64,000 nucleotides of DNA from IMG/VR virus record IMGVR_UViG_3300032167_000064, positions 1 to 64,000 of that record. One strand, given 5' to 3'. This stretch comes from an uncultured virus (IMG/VR IMGVR_UViG_3300032167_000064) (lineage: Duplodnaviria; Heunggongvirae; Uroviricota; Caudoviricetes). This document shows, in pieces, positions 63,220-64,000 of this stretch (positions are counted from its first letter, which is position 1; each line of letters begins with the position of its first letter). The notes below the pieces were generated by a model. The model was not told the DNA's origin. It was given only the letters and a program-made list of their open reading frames with translations, and ran no database searches. A program made the translations under genes and the position numbers.

Positions 63220-63993
63220 TTATTTTGTTATATAAATCATTCTGAAAGTAAATTCTACATATCCGGTAAAAGTTTCATTACTACCAATTACCATATACTG
63301 GTGATTATAATAACCATCTGCAATAATATGTCTTGTTGTATCTGTTAAATTTCTAGGTCTAAGTATTAATTCGCCTCTTAAATCATAATCAGATTCTCTA
63401 TCCATTGCCCAAGGTAAACTAAATAAGGAAGTGTTTTTAGGTATATCTTGACCAGATCCATATGTTCCAGAACACATAACAACAGCAACTTTACCAAATC
63501 TTTTACAATAATTATCAGCAAGAGTTGCACTCCAAGCAGTACATTGAGACGTTTCTACAGTTATATTTGAACCTTCTGTGATACCAAGATTTAATATATC
63601 CTGTTTTGTTACAGCTGTAGCTCCTGTGATATGACCGAGAGAATTAACAGTTATATTGTATAATCCTTTATTGTAAGCATTATAACTAGGATGAGTATAA
63701 AAATTTGCATCTCCTGAATTTAATTTCTTATTCCAAGGTACAGATATAGCCCAAGATCCACCTGAATTAGTTAAAGCTGTTGTATATATAACAGATCCAT
63801 ATCCTACCCAACCTATTAAATATATAGAAGTGCTTGATGTTTTTCTTGCCAAAATATACATTGTTTCACCACTATAAATTTCAGGTAAACCAAGATTAGT
63901 ACATTTACATACATATGAACCACTATCATTAATCTGACTAATAGATGTAATAGTAGTTATAGTATTATCTTTAGGAGACAAAGCTAAATCATT
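63220..63993 (-). CDS. Start-less tail-fibre cassette C13
   Basis: Site at 63984-63994; NDLALSPK...; YTHP..., ITVNSLGHITGATAVTK.DI fibre motif. Confidence 0.8.
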   Translation of the reverse strand, partial: NDLALSPKDNTITTITSISQINDSGSYVCKCTNLGLPEIYSGETMYILARKTSSTSIYLIGWVGYGSVIYTTALTNSGGSWAISVPWNKKLNSGDANFYTHPSYNAYNKGLYNITVNSLGHITGATAVTKQDILNLGITEGSNITVETSQCTAWSATLADNYCKRFGKVAVVMCSGTYGSGQDIPKNTSLFSLPWAMDRESDYDLRGELILRPRNLTDTTRHIIADGYYNHQYMVIGSNETFTGYVEFTFRMIYITK

Positions 63994-64000
63994 AATAATA

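Noticed and set aside
1..64000. Stop-codon reassignment as the explanation for start-less frames
   Set aside because: Long conserved genes are intact under code 11 and TAA, TGA and TAG all terminate genes (for example folD ends in TAG).

Overview
AT-rich segment of a jumbo phage genome, probably infecting a Firmicute/Clostridia host (strong AGGAGG Shine-Dalgarno sites, Gram-positive-type lysins). It has phiKZ/AR9-like traits: a multisubunit RNAP beta' subunit, a split family-B DNA polymerase, a tubulin/FtsZ, AACA-N6-TA late-promoter-like motifs and TATATTAT early-promoter-like motifs. It also carries a probable major capsid protein, a T4 gp21-like prohead protease, PhoH, ThyX, FolD, two glycosyltransferases and several cell-wall hydrolases. 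Main finding: 13 start-codon-less tail-fibre/receptor-binding gene cassettes dispersed over the whole window on both strands. Each begins with the same 11-bp site TAATGATTTAG, read in the same frame (N-D-L-A/V/D), and two head-to-head pairs form 32-bp palindromes resembling tyrosine-recombinase sites. This suggests a genome-wide, shufflon-like library of interchangeable fibre C-termini; no recombinase or expression locus lies in this window. Also found: a ROOL-like ~640-nt RNA, an unassigned ~200-nt structured RNA, a tRNA-Val(GAC)-like RNA with a ~67-nt variable region, and a circularly permuted guanylate kinase. All calls were made by eye without database searches.
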